A stretch of 64,000 nt of DNA, taken from the NCBI GenBank assembly GCA_021432655.1, contig MU271423.1, positions 1-64,000 on the forward strand, in the 5' to 3' direction. Origin of the DNA: Atractiella rhizophila. Its lineage: Eukaryota. The translations under genes were made by a program, and so were the position numbers. Shown piece by piece: positions 59,163 through 64,000 of the stretch; within the stretch, counting starts at the first letter, position 1, and each line of letters begins with the position of its first letter. The notes below the pieces were generated by a model. That model saw only the letters and a list, made by a program, of their open reading frames with translations, was not told the origin of the DNA and made no database searches.

Positions 59163-59742
59163 TCATACCACGGTTCCAGCATTGGAAGCAATACGAGGCC
59201 AGAGATCGGCCTATAAAAGTCCTCGTCAGTTAAGCGTACAGGTGCAGCAAATGGTAAACGTACACATTCTTTAGCAACAGGTCCAGCAATAGCAGATCCC
59301 TTCATTTCACCTTTCGGGTTGACGATCACACCAGCATTGTCCTCAAAGTAGAGGAAAACACCATCTCTCCGCCTCCAGGGTTTCCTCTGGCGGACAACGA
59401 TGGCGGGGTGGACTGTTATTCGTGGATAAACTTTCCCTGCCTTACATGTATGAGGAGACTACGCACCCTTCTTCCTCAGGTCAGGCTTTCCCTTCTTGAC
59501 TGTAGCAAGGACCATGGCACCGGCAGAGGCAGCAGGAAGACGGTTCAGCCTTGCACCGAAACGAGTGACGGAGATGATCTTCAATCCCATTTAACTTACG
59601 CCAGAGCAGTATACTCGACAGAACTCACATAAAGGTTCTTCGCACCACTGTTATCTGCGCAATTCATGACCGCTCCAACGGGGAGAGCCAGGGTCATTCT
59701 GAATTTGGGCTGAGCGCCACCACCTCGGGAAGTTTTAGCCAT
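59163..59742 (-). CDS. RPL23: 60S ribosomal protein L23 (uL14), 4 coding exons
   Basis: [25 protein letters not shown]...RLNRLPAA...[10 protein letters not shown]...[43 protein letters not shown]. Confidence 0.98.
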
Positions 59743-59748
59743 CCTTTC

Positions 59749-59819
59749 CTAACTCGAGTTAAGTCTATTCCCGCCATCCATCAGCTCCACTCCCTTTACA
59801 CTCCTAGCATAAAGCTCAC
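59749..59819 (-). other. Predicted 5'UTR intron of RPL23
   Basis: GTGAGC donor, GCTGAT branch-like site and TAG acceptor 6 nt before the ATG. Confidence 0.7.
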
Positions 59820-60035
59820 CGTTTGTCGTTTGAGGTCCCGTCGAGAAAAACAAGAAGCCTCCAACTTAGTTAGGGTTACAGTACGCACGTTTCTTCTTGT
59901 TCGTACAGGTGTTCGCTCGGCAGATGCGAGACCGGGAATAACCGACCATTCCACGACAATCAACAGTCATAAGAACCTCACCTCCTCTTTCTCATTCATT
60001 TCTGTCCAGAATTTTCGCTCTCAAGCAAGTTCAAG

Positions 60036-61554
<1,519 letters not shown>

Positions 61555-63017
61555 TTTTGCAGTAGATCTATCGGTATTGTTATGTTCTGTCCATCACCTT
61601 CGAATCCTAAACGCTTCCGCGGTTACGCTGTAGCCTTTATCGCACAAATAACTGTTTTCTTCTGATTGAAACTGAAACATCAGCGCCGCGGATGTGATTG
61701 GAACGGACCCAGCGTGATACTCCTTTCTCACGTTTACTGGGATCAAAAGCACTACCCGCTTATTCCGGAGCTGAGGAGTACCCTCTCGCCCCGGACCGCG
61801 CAAAGCATGCTGAGGTTTGCCAGAAGCATGCTCGCTTTCTGCAATGGCCTGCACGTTCTCAAAGCTTCGAGCTTCGAGTGCGCTTCTGTCCTCTTTCCCT
61901 TTTCCTTGGGATGGTCAAGGGCTGTAGTTGCAAGCCGGGGCCAGGACACGACTCTCGATGCATTTGCGACAGCAAACCGCCATAGAAGAGTGGATGAAAG
62001 AGAGTTCAGCAAGCAGTCAAAGGAACAACTCCGAACCACAAAGATTAAATCTCCACAGAATCTATCGCACTTATTGCTTTGTCGGAACTGGATAGGAAAG
62101 AACTGGGCTCCGCCATAACAGGCATTTACACTTTTTTGACGCCAAAATTATTTGTGGCATGAAGATACCATTCTACAAACAAAGCAATTATCTTGTAACA
62201 GTGCTGTTCATTCCTCTGGACACAACAGCGCACGCATACCTAGAGTAGAAATGAAGTGTGATTGACTAACTCTGCCGGAGGAAGTTCTTGCTAGGAGTGG
62301 AAAGCACCTGCACCTTCGTCCGACTAACTGTTGAACACGTCCACATTCACTGTGACAATGGAGAGAAGATGTACGACTTTGCAGACATCCACAACTCTAC
62401 GATTATTCCTTGGATCAAAGATAAAGGGTATGGCTGAGGAGCATCACGGATGCACCACAGGAGAGTGTTGGAATATATCAGATTAAGATATTAATATGAT
62501 GACCACGGAGGAATGGAGAGAAAATGACATTTATCTCCCTGTCTATCAGGAGAATGGCGAAGCGGAGGAGCTGGAGCAGTGGATGAAAGATGACAAACCT
62601 CCGCTCAGGAAGGATATTCCAACCTTTTAACAAGTAATTCAGAAGATCAAACAGTCAAATATGCTGGAAGTCGCAACTTTGAATGAAGATAATTTTAATG
62701 ACTTAAATGTGCAGGAATTACTTTAAGACGACGTGTATGAGCCTACCAATCTTGACCTTCGCAAATGCCAAGAAGAATCAAGATCTCAAATTGTAATGCT
62801 TGAAATTCTAGCTCTACAATCAACAATCAGCTTCCTAGGCGATAATCATCCAATCTGATCAGAAAATGCGCATCACGTGTAAAGTTGTTTATTTGGCGCT
62901 GCTTTGAGGTTGAACGAGAAGGTATAAAACGACCATCCTCCAAGAACGAGCTTGCCCTCAGTACATTTCGGACCCCGGCACTCAAATCGCGTCCCTCCAC
63001 GCTCAGAAACACGCAAA

Positions 63018-63428
63018 ATGCCTCCAAGATCCAAGACAGCCGAGAAAGCTGAAGGTGCGCATTTCCCTCTTTCCCGCCCGTCTCCACGGTCACTCACCAT
63101 TTTTGCAATGGAAGGCGAAAAACCAAAGTCCAAATCAGCCCCCCCTCCCGCCGTGGACGCGCCGGACGCGACAGAGACTTCTCCTGCTGCTCCGGTCGAG
63201 GCTGAAACCGAAAAACCCGTCAGCACCAAACGGAGCTCGGAGGCGCTCGAGGATGGCGAAGGCGATAAGCCACCCGCTAAGAAGAAGGGCAGAGTGGCCA
63301 AGAAGGTGAAGGAAGTGAAAGACAAGGTCGAGAAGGCAGTGAAGGAGAGAAAACCGAGACAGAAGAAGGAGAAGCCAGCGCCGAAAGAAGGAGTGAGGAA
63401 GAGCAGCAGGATCGCCAGCACGAAGTGA
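63018..63428 (+). CDS. Small Lys/Glu/Pro-rich, probably disordered nuclear protein
   Basis: MPPRSKTAEKAE, probable 60-nt intron 63055-63114, NLS-like KRSS...PPAKKKGR and C-terminal RKSSRIAS. Confidence 0.65.
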   Translation: MPPRSKTAEKAEGAHFPLSRPSPRSLTIFAMEGEKPKSKSAPPPAVDAPDATETSPAAPVEAETEKPVSTKRSSEALEDGEGDKPPAKKKGRVAKKVKEVKDKVEKAVKERKPRQKKEKPAPKEGVRKSSRIASTK

Positions 63429-64000
63429 ATAGTAGAATCGAGGGTGAAGGTATGAGATTTAGGAGTGATGGGTAACTGTAAGATTCATTTTTGAGTCTAG
63501 TTGGATTTGGCGTTTTGTGGATTTATTTCCTTTTTCGATTTTGATGGGAGCTACTTCCACTCCCTTCCTGCCCTTAAGTATCTTGTTCTTCTGTTTGTTG
63601 GGTGAATACCGTCTCCTATCCCATTTAACCCATCCTACCATTTCAACAAGTTCTATGTTACCATGAGCCTGTCTAGCGAAGAGACAAATGTGTGGATATT
63701 GTTCGATATTCATTAGCTTCTTCACTATTGCTGCTGTCAGTCATCGTGATTCAAGTAGTGCGTTGTTGTCATCCTTCATGCTTTCAGTGCCCTCGTTACT
63801 CTCCTCGGCCTGATTACTTCTTCTTGCCCTTGTTTTGACCTCCCGTATTTCTATTCTACAAACGTAGGAGTTCGTTACATTTCCATTCCATGAACAATTG
63901 TTGTTGGCTACCTCCCGTCTGAATATGATACAAAGAAACGATGCTCGTCCAATGGAATCAATCATGTCCTTACAATAACCCTTTCTGCTATCGTCTTCTC

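Overview
Eukaryotic, gene-dense, intron-rich fungal DNA. It looks basidiomycete: short introns of about 45-75 nt, CTRAY-like branch points and lineage-type F-box genes. The exact taxon cannot be determined from the sequence. I could reconstruct about 26 spliced protein-coding genes by hand. From the left: D-amino-acid oxidase, a mitochondrial-type PP2C, CSN3, an isochorismatase-family protein, a ketopantoate-reductase-like protein, URC4/DUF1688, RPS21, a UBX protein, two paralogous F-box proteins, proteasome alpha-4 (PRE6), an HGT1-like sugar porter and a UIM protein. These are followed by a same-strand run of secreted/membrane genes (amidase, DUF6534-like, Mid2-like, GH5, AA11 LPMO), then a CSC1/OSCA channel, a fungal TF-domain protein, RPL23, a nitronate monooxygenase and a small Lys-rich protein. 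There is one 25-N assembly gap. No tRNA, rRNA, CRISPR array or intact transposon was recognised. The most unusual signals are: (i) a distinct class of 0.2-1.2 kb 5'-proximal introns in housekeeping genes, each carrying conspicuous RNA hairpins, one of which buries a perfect alternative donor; (ii) a DAO whose expected peroxisomal tripeptide sits behind a stop codon (G-stop-R-L-stop); (iii) several GC-AG introns and very degenerate donor sites. All exon boundaries were read by eye and product calls are from motif recognition, not database searches.
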